A stretch of DNA of 64,000 nt from contig JBAZCE010000001.1 in the NCBI GenBank assembly GCA_041671105.1, positions 869 through 64,868 of the forward strand. Direction: 5' to 3'. Positions 28,632 to 38,514 of this stretch are shown in pieces (positions within the stretch are counted from its first letter, which is position 1; each line of letters opens with the position of its first letter). The position numbers and the translations under genes are program-made. Under the pieces are notes generated by a model. The model had not been told where the DNA came from, made no database searches, and saw only the letters and a list, made by a program, of their open reading frames with translations. This DNA comes from Gallionella sp. (GTDB lineage: Bacteria; Pseudomonadota; Gammaproteobacteria; Burkholderiales; Gallionellaceae).

Positions 28632-29725
28632 TTTTAATGAATGATTTTAAGGCTGAACCCGAGGATTTGCGGGTTGCCGAATTGGCGGCGCTGGACAGAG
28701 TACTCCGCTCCGGCTGGTATGTACTGGGAAAAGAAGTGGAGGCATTTGAGCTTGAATGGGCCGAGCGTTGCCGTGTTGGATATGCCGTGGGTGTGGGAAA
28801 TGGCATGGATGCCATTGAGATTGGTTTGCGAGCATTGGATATCGGGGCGGGAGATGAGGTCATTACTACGCCGATGACGGCGTTTGCGACTGTACTGGCG
28901 ATACTGCGTGCCGGGGCAATCCCGGTTTTGGCGGATATTGATCCGGAAACGGCCTTGCTTGATCACGCGAGCGTAGAGCGTTGCATCGGCCCGAAAACGA
29001 AGGCCGTTCTGCTGGTTCATTTGTATGGGCAAATTCGGGAGATGGAGCGCTGGACGGCGTTGTGCGATAAGCACAATATTGCGCTATTGGAAGATTGTGC
29101 TCAATCACATTTGGCGCGATGGAGCGGGAGGATTGCCGGTAGTTTCGGACGTTTTGGCGCCTATAGTTTTTATCCGACCAAGAACCTGGGCGCGATGGGA
29201 GATGCCGGTGCATTAGTCTGCAGTGAGGGAGTGCTTGCAAAGCGCGTCGCAGTGCTTCGCAATTACGGTCAAAGCGTGCGCTATCACCATACTGAGCTGG
29301 GGCTTAATAGCCGGTTGGACGAGTTGCAAGCTGCGCTTTTGCGTGTCAGGCTGGGCAGGTTGGAGAGCTTTACTGAGCGTCGTCGCGCGATCGCAAAGGC
29401 TTATAGGACAGGAATCACGAATCCGCAATGCAGATTACTGGCCGAGCCGGTTCAGGCGGAGAGCCATGTGTTTCATCTGTTTGTGGTGATCTGTGATGAG
29501 CGGGATAAGTTGGCTCAACATCTCAAATCCTGTGGTGTGGAAACATATGTGCATTACCCTGTGCCGGTTCATGTCCAGTCACCGTGCAAAGACTTGCGTT
29601 GTGACCCCAATGGTCTTTCTGTTGCCGAGTCGCATGCCCGCGTGTGCCTTTCTATTCCTTGTCATCCGCAGATGAGCGATGCAGATGTTTCAACCGTGAT
29701 TGATGCTATCAATGTTTTTAAATAA
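28628..29725 (+). CDS. DegT/DnrJ/EryC1/StrS aminotransferase
   Basis: SGWYVLG, VHLYG, EDCAQSH, SFYPTKNLGAMGDAG, NSRLDELQAA, HYPVP. Confidence 0.9.
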   Translation: MILMNDFKAEPEDLRVAELAALDRVLRSGWYVLGKEVEAFELEWAERCRVGYAVGVGNGMDAIEIGLRALDIGAGDEVITTPMTAFATVLAILRAGAIPVLADIDPETALLDHASVERCIGPKTKAVLLVHLYGQIREMERWTALCDKHNIALLEDCAQSHLARWSGRIAGSFGRFGAYSFYPTKNLGAMGDAGALVCSEGVLAKRVAVLRNYGQSVRYHHTELGLNSRLDELQAALLRVRLGRLESFTERRRAIAKAYRTGITNPQCRLLAEPVQAESHVFHLFVVICDERDKLAQHLKSCGVETYVHYPVPVHVQSPCKDLRCDPNGLSVAESHARVCLSIPCHPQMSDADVSTVIDAINVFK

Positions 29726-31562
29726 TAAAACCGCTGATATTGAGCATTTTGTTACGCTGTTTGATAATAATTTTCTGCCCATAGGGTTGTGTCTGCACGC
29801 TTCACTGCTTGAGCAAGGACAGCCGTTTCATCTATGGATACTCTGCATGGATGAATTGGTTGAGCAGAATTTGCAACGTCTGGCATTGCCGCATGTGAGT
29901 CTGATTCCCTTGCGCGAAGCTGAAGATGCGCGCTTGCTGGCTGTCAAACCGACCCGCAGCAGAGGCGAATATTGCTGGACATTGACGCCGTTCACACCGC
30001 AATTTGTTTTGGATCGTGCACCCCAAGTCGAGCGTGTAACTTATCTCGATGCGGATCTGTTTTTTTTCGCATCTCCGAAAATATTGCTGGATGAATTTGA
30101 ACGTTCAGGCAAGCATGTTTTGATTACCGAGCATGCCTATAGCCCTCGATATGAGCGATCAGGTAGAGCCAAACGGGGAGGGAGGTTTTGCGTTCAATTC
30201 ATGACCTTCCGACGCACACCGCAAGGTGAAAAAGTTATGTACTGGTGGCAAGATCGTTGCCTGGAGTGGTGTTTTGCCAGAGTTGAAGATGGAAAGTTTG
30301 GTGATCAAAAGTATCTCGACTATTGGCCTGAACTGTTCGGTGCAGAAGTGCATATCTTATTGCAGAAGGAGAAAACGCTGGCTCCATGGAATGTGGAATA
30401 CTTCGAGAAACTTGGCGGTGGAAAACTGAATCCAGTTTTCTATCATTTCCAGACGCTCAGAATTATTTCACCCGATGAAATATTGATATATTCAGGCTGG
30501 CACGTGGGAAAAGCATCTGCGTTGCTTTATCAGGTTTATGTGGATAACTTGAGAAGCGTCGTTTTCGAAATGAAGCAGAAAGAGATACCTGTTGCATATC
30601 TACCGAGAAAAAAAGGCTTGGTCGGAAGGCTGGCTACGCTTAAACACAAGTACATTGATGGTGAAGAGTGCGTTCCATTACAAATTAGCATGAATGAATC
30701 CGTTGAATCTTCTTCAGGTCAGGTAATGCCAGTTGCAAAAGGCAAGCTGGAGGGGGGGCGGCAAATTCTCGGCAAGACAACGAAACCGCCTATGCCAGAC
30801 AGGCCTTTGGTAAGCATTGTTACAGTGGTTTATAATGGTGCAGCGACCCTTGAACACACCATAAGCAGTGTCATTGAGCAGACCTATGATAATGTTGAAT
30901 ATATCGTTGTTGACGGAGGATCTACTGATGAAACGGTGGATATTTTGCGCCAATATGAGGATCGCATTGATTACTGGGTGAGTGAGAAAGATGCTGGTAT
31001 TTATGATGCGATGAATAAAGGCATCTCTCTGGCGTCTGGCGAAATTGTCGGCTTAATCAATGCGGATGATTTTTATGCCTCACCGGATGTGTTGGCGAGA
31101 ATGGTATCGGTGCTGGCCGACCCGGATTTGGACGCTTGCTACGGTGATTTATGCTATGTGAAGCAATTCGATACTTCGACTGTTGTGCGTTACTGGCAAT
31201 CTTCTGATTTTCGCCCTGGAGCGTTTGAAAGTGCCTGGTGCCCGCCGCATCCGACTTTCTTTGTCCGACGTAAAATTTATGAGCGTTTCGGAGCATTTGA
31301 TTTGACTTATAAAATCGCGGCAGATATGGAGTTGATGCTGCGCTTCCTGGAATTACACAGGGTGCGCGCCAGATATATTCCGGAAGTGTTGGTCAAAATG
31401 CGCATAGGAGGCACGACCAATCGTAATTTTGCGAATATTGTGAAACAGAATAAGGAGATTCTGCGGGCATTGAAGCAGAGTGGGCAGCGGGCATCTATGC
31501 TGCGATTGATTTTCAGTAAAATATTCTCAAAAGGGTTGCAGTTTCTTGTGAGGCCGAAATAA
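29712..31562 (+). CDS. Two-domain glycosyltransferase (N-terminal GT-A-like domain fused to C-terminal GT2)
   Basis: N-domain TLFD.NFL, EYCWTLTP, YLDADLFFF, GDQKYLD.W, APWN; C-domain VSIVTVVYN, VDGGSTD, SEKDAGIYDAMNKG, NADD, PPHP. Confidence 0.8.
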   Translation: MFLNNKTADIEHFVTLFDNNFLPIGLCLHASLLEQGQPFHLWILCMDELVEQNLQRLALPHVSLIPLREAEDARLLAVKPTRSRGEYCWTLTPFTPQFVLDRAPQVERVTYLDADLFFFASPKILLDEFERSGKHVLITEHAYSPRYERSGRAKRGGRFCVQFMTFRRTPQGEKVMYWWQDRCLEWCFARVEDGKFGDQKYLDYWPELFGAEVHILLQKEKTLAPWNVEYFEKLGGGKLNPVFYHFQTLRIISPDEILIYSGWHVGKASALLYQVYVDNLRSVVFEMKQKEIPVAYLPRKKGLVGRLATLKHKYIDGEECVPLQISMNESVESSSGQVMPVAKGKLEGGRQILGKTTKPPMPDRPLVSIVTVVYNGAATLEHTISSVIEQTYDNVEYIVVDGGSTDETVDILRQYEDRIDYWVSEKDAGIYDAMNKGISLASGEIVGLINADDFYASPDVLARMVSVLADPDLDACYGDLCYVKQFDTSTVVRYWQSSDFRPGAFESAWCPPHPTFFVRRKIYERFGAFDLTYKIAADMELMLRFLELHRVRARYIPEVLVKMRIGGTTNRNFANIVKQNKEILRALKQSGQRASMLRLIFSKIFSKGLQFLVRPK

Positions 31563-31586
31563 GTCGTGGATTGAAAAAGGAAGAAT

Positions 31587-32396
31587 ATGCTAGAAGAAAA
31601 GCAGCAAGCAGCAAGCGTTGAAATAAGCCTGAAGGGAATTGTTAAGTTTTTCAAATGCAATCAACGTATTATTGTATTTTTCTGTTTCGTCGGACTGATG
31701 CTTGCCATCGCATACATTTTACTTGCGCCTAAAAAATATGAGGCGAAATGGCAAATGGAGATGTCGCAATTCGGCAGTAACAGTAATTCTAATAACAATA
31801 ATATTGAAGAGCCGGTAGCCTTGATTCACCGTTTGCAATTTTCATCGACGTATCCGGCGGCTGTAAAACAAAGTTGTGATATGCCCGAGGATGGGGAATA
31901 CGGTGAATATCTGGGCGGGAAACTGACTGTTCAAATCGTCTCCAGCGTGGACAGGGTGGTGAGTATGAAATTACGTGCTCATAGTGTTATGCAAGCCAGG
32001 CAATGTGCGGAAGCAATTGTGGCGATGATTATAGCCCAGCAACAAGGCCTGGTCGAAGAGCGCCTGGCGGGAAGAAAAGAACAGTTGCTGCAATATCAGC
32101 AAACCATGTTGGAAGAGCAGCAACAATTAGAGGTAATAAAAAAGTCTGATCTGAGCGGCTTTGCCTATCTGTCTCAACTTGATAAATTAAGTGCGTTGCG
32201 TACGCGCATAGATGGATTGAGGGAAGAGACTTTTCTCTCCACAAAACATCCGGCCAAATTGACTTTTCCGATGATCGTATCGAACAGGCATGTTTCACCC
32301 AAGGTCGGGTTGGTGTTGCCGTTGGGAGTATTGCTTGGTTTGATGCTGGGCGTGCTGTCAGCCTTGGTTCGAGATAAGTGGCGCAGAGAGTCGTGA
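31587..32396 (+). CDS. Wzz-like chain length determinant
   Basis: EISL, N-terminal TM, PKKYEA, coiled coil, VSPK and C-terminal TM with G..LGL.LG. Confidence 0.75.
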   Translation: MLEEKQQAASVEISLKGIVKFFKCNQRIIVFFCFVGLMLAIAYILLAPKKYEAKWQMEMSQFGSNSNSNNNNIEEPVALIHRLQFSSTYPAAVKQSCDMPEDGEYGEYLGGKLTVQIVSSVDRVVSMKLRAHSVMQARQCAEAIVAMIIAQQQGLVEERLAGRKEQLLQYQQTMLEEQQQLEVIKKSDLSGFAYLSQLDKLSALRTRIDGLREETFLSTKHPAKLTFPMIVSNRHVSPKVGLVLPLGVLLGLMLGVLSALVRDKWRRES

Positions 32397-32409
32397 GGGG
32401 TATATCGTT

Positions 32410-33360
32410 TTGCGTACTTTAATAACCGGAGTCACTGGTTTTGTCGGGCAGAGTCTGTGCGTGCAAGCGGTGCGTCAGGGCTACTCTGTCAGAGGTGCGG
32501 TTCGCAAAAATGGGACGCTACCCGAGGTGGTTGAACCCGTTGTCGTTGGTGGAATAAATGCCGAAACAGATTGGCGTCATGCTTTAGGAGGTGTGGATGT
32601 CGTGATTCACCTCGCTGCACGTGTGCATGTGATGTGCGAGCATGCGGGAAATCCGCTGGAAGAATTTCGCAAGGTAAATGTGGCAGGTACAGAACATCTC
32701 GCGCGCTTCGCCGTTGCAAACGGAGTGAAGCGTTTGGTGTATGTCAGCTCAATTGGCGTGAATGGCTTGTTAACTGATTTTGGCAGATCATTTGCTGAAT
32801 CAGATATTCCTCATCCTCACAATGCCTATGCACTTTCTAAATGGGAGGCCGAACAGTGTTTGTTGCATGTTTCCGAAGAAACTGGATTGGAGGTTGTAAT
32901 CGTGCGCCCCCCTTTGGTTTATGGTGCAGGCGCACCGGGTAATTTTGCACAGATGCTCAAGGTGTTGGACAAAGGAATTCCGCTGCCATTGGCGTCAGTA
33001 AAGAATCAGCGCAGCCTTATTTATATTGAGAATCTGGTGGATGCTTTGATACACTGTTCAACTTATCCTGCTGCTGCCGGGCAGACCTATCTGGTCAGCG
33101 ATGGCGAGGATATCTCCACGCCCGACCTGTTGCGCCAGTTAGGGGCTGCAATGGGGTATCCGGCGCGCCTTTTTCCTTGTCCTCCGGCGTTGTTGAAACT
33201 TGCTGGACAGTTAACCGGCAAGTCGGATCAGATTGAACGGCTATTGGGTTCGCTTCAGGTGGATAGCAGCAAAATTCGCAGTGCACTTAGTTGGACGCCG
33301 CCCTATACATTGGCGCAAGGATTGCAAGCGACGGCTCAACGTTATCGGGATGCGGGATAA
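32410..33360 (+). CDS. NAD-dependent epimerase/4-reductase (WbpV-like)
   Basis: LITGVTGFVG, IHLAARVHVM, YALSKWEAE, RPPLVYG, NQRSLI, LVSDGEDIST. Confidence 0.85.
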   Translation: MRTLITGVTGFVGQSLCVQAVRQGYSVRGAVRKNGTLPEVVEPVVVGGINAETDWRHALGGVDVVIHLAARVHVMCEHAGNPLEEFRKVNVAGTEHLARFAVANGVKRLVYVSSIGVNGLLTDFGRSFAESDIPHPHNAYALSKWEAEQCLLHVSEETGLEVVIVRPPLVYGAGAPGNFAQMLKVLDKGIPLPLASVKNQRSLIYIENLVDALIHCSTYPAAAGQTYLVSDGEDISTPDLLRQLGAAMGYPARLFPCPPALLKLAGQLTGKSDQIERLLGSLQVDSSKIRSALSWTPPYTLAQGLQATAQRYRDAG

Positions 33361-33494
33361 CCCGGTTGTGTAAAATCTGTGTCGCAAAATAATATTCGAT
33401 CCGAATATGTTGGTCGAGTTGATGCGCCACTTAAGCACGTTGTCCTACTGGTTGCCAGTTGGCAGTGCAAATTTTTAGTGAATCGAGTAGAAAT

Positions 33495-34559
33495 ATGATT
33501 TTGGTAACCGGCAGTGCAGGATTCATCGGGGCAAATTTCGTTCTGGACTGGTGCGTGCAACACGATGAAACCGTTGTTAGTCTGGATAAGTTAACCTATG
33601 CAGGCAATCTGGAAAATCTGGCAACTCTAAAAAATGATCCTCGCCACATCTTCGCGCAGGGAGACATCGGTGATGCGGATCTGGTGGGCAGGTTGCTTGC
33701 GCAATATCGCCCTCGTGCGGTAATCAACTTTGCGGCGGAAAGCCATGTGGATCGTTCCATACATGGACCTGAGGATTTTATTCAGACCAATGTTGTCGGG
33801 ACTTTTCATCTGCTTGAGGCGGTGCGCGCCTACTGGTCGGCTTTGACCGGTACCGGGAAATCGGATTTCCGTTTTCTGCATGTTTCTACTGATGAGGTAT
33901 ACGGCTCACTCGCCTGTGACGAACCGGCATTCAGTGAAACGCATCGTTACGAACCGAACAGCCCGTATTCTGCCAGCAAGGCCGCCAGCGATCATCTTGT
34001 ACGCGCCTATCATCACACCTACGGCTTGCCGGTACTAACTACAAACTGCTCCAATAATTACGGCCCCTATCATTTTCCGGAAAAGCTCATTCCGTTATTG
34101 ATCGTCAATGCACTCGCGGGAAAATCGTTGCCGGTATACGGCGACGGTCAGCAAATCCGGGACTGGCTGTATGTGAAGGATCATTGCAGTGCGATACGCT
34201 GCGTGCTTGAGAAGGGTAAGCCGGGTGAGGTTTACAATGTCGGCGGCTGGAATGAAAAAGCCAATCTGGATATCGTACACACAGTCTGCGGGCTGCTTGA
34301 TGAGTTGCGTCCTCGCTTGGATGAGAAATCCTATAACGAACAAATCACTTTTGTGACTGATCGCCCCGGCCATGACCGCCGCTATGCGATCGACGCGCGT
34401 AAGATCGAGCGCGAACTGGGTTGGAAGCCATCTGAGACATTCGAGACCGGTATTCGCAAGACGGTGCAATGGTATCTGGACAATCAGGGTTGGGTGAGCA
34501 ACGTTTTATCGGGCAATTACCGGCAATGGGTCGAGAAAAATTACGCAGACCGCGCCTGA
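33495..34559 (+). CDS. rfbB: dTDP-glucose 4,6-dehydratase
   Basis: [62 protein letters not shown]. Confidence 0.97.
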   Translation: MILVTGSAGFIGANFVLDWCVQHDETVVSLDKLTYAGNLENLATLKNDPRHIFAQGDIGDADLVGRLLAQYRPRAVINFAAESHVDRSIHGPEDFIQTNVVGTFHLLEAVRAYWSALTGTGKSDFRFLHVSTDEVYGSLACDEPAFSETHRYEPNSPYSASKAASDHLVRAYHHTYGLPVLTTNCSNNYGPYHFPEKLIPLLIVNALAGKSLPVYGDGQQIRDWLYVKDHCSAIRCVLEKGKPGEVYNVGGWNEKANLDIVHTVCGLLDELRPRLDEKSYNEQITFVTDRPGHDRRYAIDARKIERELGWKPSETFETGIRKTVQWYLDNQGWVSNVLSGNYRQWVEKNYADRA

Positions 34560-35449
34560 TGAAAATACTATTGTTGGGCAAAAATGGTCAGGTCGGCTGG
34601 GAGTTGCAGCGCAGTCTGGCACCCTTGGGAGAACTGGTGGCCTTAGGTTCCGACGATGGCGATTTGACTGACCTGGATGGCATTGCGAAGAAGATTAGGG
34701 CTATCGCTCCGGATATCATCGTCAACGCGGCGGCACACACCGCGGTGGACAAAGCCGAAAGCGAGCCTGACAGGGTGCATACCATCAACGCGCGTGCCCC
34801 CGCAGTGCTGGCGCAGGAAGCTTTTCAATTAAATGCATGGCTGGTTCATTATTCAACCGACTACGTGTTTGACGGCAGCGGCGATAAACCATGGCTGGAA
34901 ACAGATCAGACCGGCCCGTTGAATGTGTACGGTGCGAGCAAGCTTGAAGGCGAGCGTCTCATCAGCCGGTCAGGTTGCAAGCATCTCATTTTTCGCACCA
35001 GTTGGGTTTATGGCGCCCGTGGCGGCAATTTTGCCAAAACCATGTTGCGCATGGCTCGTGAGCGCGACAGTTTGAAAGTCATCGACGATCAGATTGGTGC
35101 GCCGACGGGTGCGGATTTGCTGAGCGACGTGACCGCACATGCGATACGCACGGCCCTGCTGCGCGCTGATGTTTCCGGGCTTTATCATCTGGCTGCAAGC
35201 GGTGAAACCTCATGGTACGGCTATGCAAGTTATGTCCTCGATTTTGCAAGACGTGCAGGCATTTCGCTTAAGGTCGCACCTGATACAATTGAGCGTGTGC
35301 CTACCAGCGCCTTTGCAACAGCCGCAATTCGCCCGCATAATTCGCGCCTGAACACGATTAAGTTAAGAAGTGCCTTTGATTTGCATTTGCCGCACTGGCA
35401 GGCAGGTGTCGAGCGCATGCTCAGCGAGGTGCTGGAGAGTGGTAAGTAA
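34559..35449 (+). CDS. rfbD: dTDP-4-dehydrorhamnose reductase
   Basis: GKNGQVGWEL, NAAAHTAVDKAESE, HYSTDYVFDG, YGASKLEGE, RTSWVY, DQIGAPT. Confidence 0.96.
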   Translation: MKILLLGKNGQVGWELQRSLAPLGELVALGSDDGDLTDLDGIAKKIRAIAPDIIVNAAAHTAVDKAESEPDRVHTINARAPAVLAQEAFQLNAWLVHYSTDYVFDGSGDKPWLETDQTGPLNVYGASKLEGERLISRSGCKHLIFRTSWVYGARGGNFAKTMLRMARERDSLKVIDDQIGAPTGADLLSDVTAHAIRTALLRADVSGLYHLAASGETSWYGYASYVLDFARRAGISLKVAPDTIERVPTSAFATAAIRPHNSRLNTIKLRSAFDLHLPHWQAGVERMLSEVLESGK

Positions 35450-35522
35450 GGAGTAGGGAGTAATGAGTAAAAATCACTGTCCCCGCTTTCCCTCACTTAC
35501 CACTAACTACTCTCTACTTACT
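35434..35522 (+). repeat. nnnnAGT / ACTnnnn heptamer inverted array upstream of four helix bundle C
   Basis: GGAGAGT GGTAAGT AAGGAGT AGGGAGT AATGAGT (35434-35468), then ACTTACC ACTAACT ACTCTCT ACTTACT (35495-35522). Confidence 0.85.
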
Positions 35523-35529
35523 GGATAAG

Positions 35530-35889
35530 GTGAACATGGGAAAGCCGCATGAACAATTGGAAGCTTGGAAAGCTGCAATGCAATTGGCTAAGGTCGTTTA
35601 TCAATTAACTTCAGCTTTCCCGGTGGAAGAACGTTATGGACTCGCGCAACAAATGAGACGTGCGGCTGTGTCGGTGCCAAGTAATATTGCCGAGGGTGCG
35701 GGTAGGAATGGTACTCAAGAGTATTTACACTTCATCGGCATTGCCCGTGGCTCACTGGCAGAATTAGAGACACAGTTGCAATTGGCGGTTATGTTAGGCT
35801 TTCTTGTCTCTGACCATATTGCCTTCGAAATTGCTGACCATGCCGGGAAGTTATTAACCGGTTTACATAAGAAATTGAGTACAACATGA
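35530..35889 (+). CDS. Four helix bundle protein C (23S rRNA-IVP / Avd-like family); start may be ATG 35536
   Basis: [47 protein letters not shown]. Confidence 0.93.
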   Translation: MNMGKPHEQLEAWKAAMQLAKVVYQLTSAFPVEERYGLAQQMRRAAVSVPSNIAEGAGRNGTQEYLHFIGIARGSLAELETQLQLAVMLGFLVSDHIAFEIADHAGKLLTGLHKKLSTT

Positions 35890-36824
35890 CCCGACTTGCG
35901 ATTGGCAACTCCCCACTCACTACTCTCCACTCACCGCTTCCCAGGAAGGGTATCATTCTCGCCGGTGGATCAGGTACGCGCCTGCATCCGGTCACGCTGG
36001 CAGTATCCAAGCAGCTGTTGCCGGTTTACGATAAACCGATGATTTACTATCCGCTCTCAACATTGATGCTGGCAGGGATACGAGATATTCTGATTATCTC
36101 AACACCGCAGGATACGCCGCGTTTTGAACAGTTGCTGGGCGATGGAAGTGGCTGGGGATTGAATCTGCAGTATGCAGTTCAGCCTTCACCCGACGGGTTG
36201 GCGCAGGCTTTTATCATTGGTCGCGACTTTATTGGAAAAGACGCCTCGACGCTGGTGCTGGGCGACAATATATTTTACGGGCATGACTTTCAGAATCAAT
36301 TGCTGAACGCGGCGCAACGCAAAGAAGGGGCGTCGGTATTTGCTTATCATGTGCGTGATCCTGAGCGTTACGGGGTAGTCGAGTTTGGTGCAACGGGCCG
36401 TGCAATTTCACTGGAGGAAAAGCCGCTGACTCCTAAATCAAGCTATGCCGTCACCGGCCTGTATTTTTATGACAACGCCGTACTCGACATTGCAGCCGAT
36501 CTCAAACCATCGGCTCGGGGCGAGCTGGAAATCACCGATGTCAACCGTATTTATCTGGAACGCGACCTCCTGTCGGTAGAAACCATGGGGCGCGGTTTCG
36601 CCTGGCTGGATACAGGGACGCATGAATCGCTGCTCGAAGCCGGCCAGTTTATTCAGACCATCGAGCATCGTCAGGGGCTGAAGATCGCGTGTCCGGAAGA
36701 AATAGCCTACAGCAATGGTTTTATTGACGCGGCACAATTGGAAAAACTGGCAAAACCTTTGATAAAGAGCGGCTATGGCGCGTATCTGATGCAAGTACTC
36801 AAGGAAAAAAGAGCTCAATCATGA
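35886..36824 (+). CDS. rfbA: Glucose-1-phosphate thymidylyltransferase with repeat-derived N-terminal extension
   Basis: [57 protein letters not shown]. Confidence 0.97.
   Translation: MTRLAIGNSPLTTLHSPLPRKGIILAGGSGTRLHPVTLAVSKQLLPVYDKPMIYYPLSTLMLAGIRDILIISTPQDTPRFEQLLGDGSGWGLNLQYAVQPSPDGLAQAFIIGRDFIGKDASTLVLGDNIFYGHDFQNQLLNAAQRKEGASVFAYHVRDPERYGVVEFGATGRAISLEEKPLTPKSSYAVTGLYFYDNAVLDIAADLKPSARGELEITDVNRIYLERDLLSVETMGRGFAWLDTGTHESLLEAGQFIQTIEHRQGLKIACPEEIAYSNGFIDAAQLEKLAKPLIKSGYGAYLMQVLKEKRAQS
35908..35942 (+). repeat. ACTCnCC heptamer array downstream of four helix bundle C
   Basis: ACTCCCC ACTCACT ACTCTCC ACTCACC GCTTCCC. Confidence 0.85.
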
Positions 36825-37366
36825 AAGCGGTTAAAACAAGTATTCCCGATTTGATGATTATTGAGCCCCGCGTGTTTGGCGACGACCGGGGTTTCTTTTT
36901 TGAAAGTTTCAACCGTCGCCGTTTTGCCGAGTTGATTGGTCGCGATGTGGATTTCGTGCAGGACAATCATTCCCGCTCGGGCAAAGCTGTGCTGCGCGGA
37001 CTGCACTATCAAATACAACGTCCGCAAGCCAAGCTGGTACGCGTGGTGCAGGGTTCAGTGCTGGATGTCGCCGTGGACATCCGCAAAAATTCACCGACCT
37101 TCGGTCAGCATGTTGCCGTGGAATTATCCGGCGAAAATAAACGAATGTTCTGGATGCCGGAAGGATTTGCACATGGCTTCGTCGTGCTTTCTGACACTGC
37201 GGACTTTCTCTATAAAACAACAGATTACTGGTTTCCTGAGTTTGAGCGCTGTCTGCGTTGGGATGATCCGAACTTGGCGATAGATTGGCGATTAACGTCG
37301 CCGCCGGCTCTTTCCGGTAAGGATGCGCAGGGTAAAGCACTCAATGAGGCGGAGTTGTTTGAGTGA
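36821..37366 (+). CDS. rfbC: dTDP-4-dehydrorhamnose 3,5-epimerase
   Basis: [44 protein letters not shown]. Confidence 0.97.
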   Translation: MKAVKTSIPDLMIIEPRVFGDDRGFFFESFNRRRFAELIGRDVDFVQDNHSRSGKAVLRGLHYQIQRPQAKLVRVVQGSVLDVAVDIRKNSPTFGQHVAVELSGENKRMFWMPEGFAHGFVVLSDTADFLYKTTDYWFPEFERCLRWDDPNLAIDWRLTSPPALSGKDAQGKALNEAELFE

Positions 37367-37415
37367 AACTTTTTCCGTCGATTACGCTATGGGCGGATGA
37401 CTTTCTGAATCTCGC

Positions 37416-38483
37416 ATGAAAATACTCGTGGTAAGACTCTCCTCGCTGGGTGATATTCTGCATTTATTCCCGGCAATCAGCGATTTGCGCAGGCATTTTC
37501 CCGATGCGCAGATCCACTGGCTGGTTGAGCCTGCCTTTGCACAAATGGTGAGTTGGCATTCGGCTGTCGATAAGGTAATTGAGGTGCCGCTGCGTAGCCA
37601 TAAGAAGAACTGGCGGAAAATTCCGCGATTGCTTCGTGAATTGAGAAGCCGGCTTAAGGCGGAAAATTATGACATCGTGCTTGATGCGCAGGGTTTGCTT
37701 AAAAGTGCATTGCTCTCCCGCCTGGCGGGTGTCGATGTTTTCGGATTCGATGCGAAAAGTGCGCGCGAATCATTGGCTGCACGTTTGTATTGGAAGACCG
37801 CATATGTGGCGCCTGGATTGCATGTCATCGATAAAAACCGGCAGCTCATCGCACAGCTGTTTGGTGCGGATATCAGCCAACCTGTTGACTTTGGTCTGGC
37901 GTTATTCCGCCGGCAGCAAATGGCTAACGCCCTGCCAGTACATCTCAAAGGGCTTACAGCTAAGCCATGCGTTGTGCTGTTGCACGGGACCACCTGGAAC
38001 AGTAAATATTGGCCGGAATCGTCATGGCAGGAGCTGGTTGTGTTGTTGAACCAGCAAGGCATGCATTGCCTGTTGCCGTGGGGGAACCAGGCAGAGCACC
38101 AGCGTGCGCTACGGCTTACCTGCGGGGATCAGACTCAGATTTTGCCTAAGTTGTCATTGACCGAATTGATGTCTGTCATGCTGCATACGCAAGGTTTTGT
38201 CAGCGTCGAAACGGGCATCGGGCATCTGGCGACTGTGCTGGATATTCCCGGCATCATGCTGCATGGCCCGACCGATCCGGATTACAGCGGTATTTCGGGC
38301 AAGTATTGCCAGCATATTACAAGTGGCCTTGATTGTTCGCCCTGCTTTAAACGCAATTGTCCCAAGCTCGAATCAGCCGAAGGCATTCCACCCTGCCAGT
38401 TTAAAATCACCGCGCAGCTTGTTTTCGAGCGGTGTCTGGCGATTATTGGCAACGTCGACGCAGTGAATAGCCGCGCGTGTTAA
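37416..38483 (+). CDS. waaC: Lipopolysaccharide heptosyltransferase I (GT9)
   Basis: VRLSSLGD, IHWLVE..F, DAQGLLKSA, SARE, K.WP...W, LPWGN..E..RA, TG..HLA, GPT. Confidence 0.8.
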   Translation: MKILVVRLSSLGDILHLFPAISDLRRHFPDAQIHWLVEPAFAQMVSWHSAVDKVIEVPLRSHKKNWRKIPRLLRELRSRLKAENYDIVLDAQGLLKSALLSRLAGVDVFGFDAKSARESLAARLYWKTAYVAPGLHVIDKNRQLIAQLFGADISQPVDFGLALFRRQQMANALPVHLKGLTAKPCVVLLHGTTWNSKYWPESSWQELVVLLNQQGMHCLLPWGNQAEHQRALRLTCGDQTQILPKLSLTELMSVMLHTQGFVSVETGIGHLATVLDIPGIMLHGPTDPDYSGISGKYCQHITSGLDCSPCFKRNCPKLESAEGIPPCQFKITAQLVFERCLAIIGNVDAVNSRAC

Positions 38484-38514
38484 AATCCGCGCTGTTTAAT
38501 TTACGGTAGTATCC

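Noticed and set aside
998-30758. G/C homopolymers (G8 at 998-1005, C7 near 13544, G7 at 22464 and 30752) as phase-variation sites
   Set aside because: The runs are short, all host ORFs are intact, and there is no evidence of variability.
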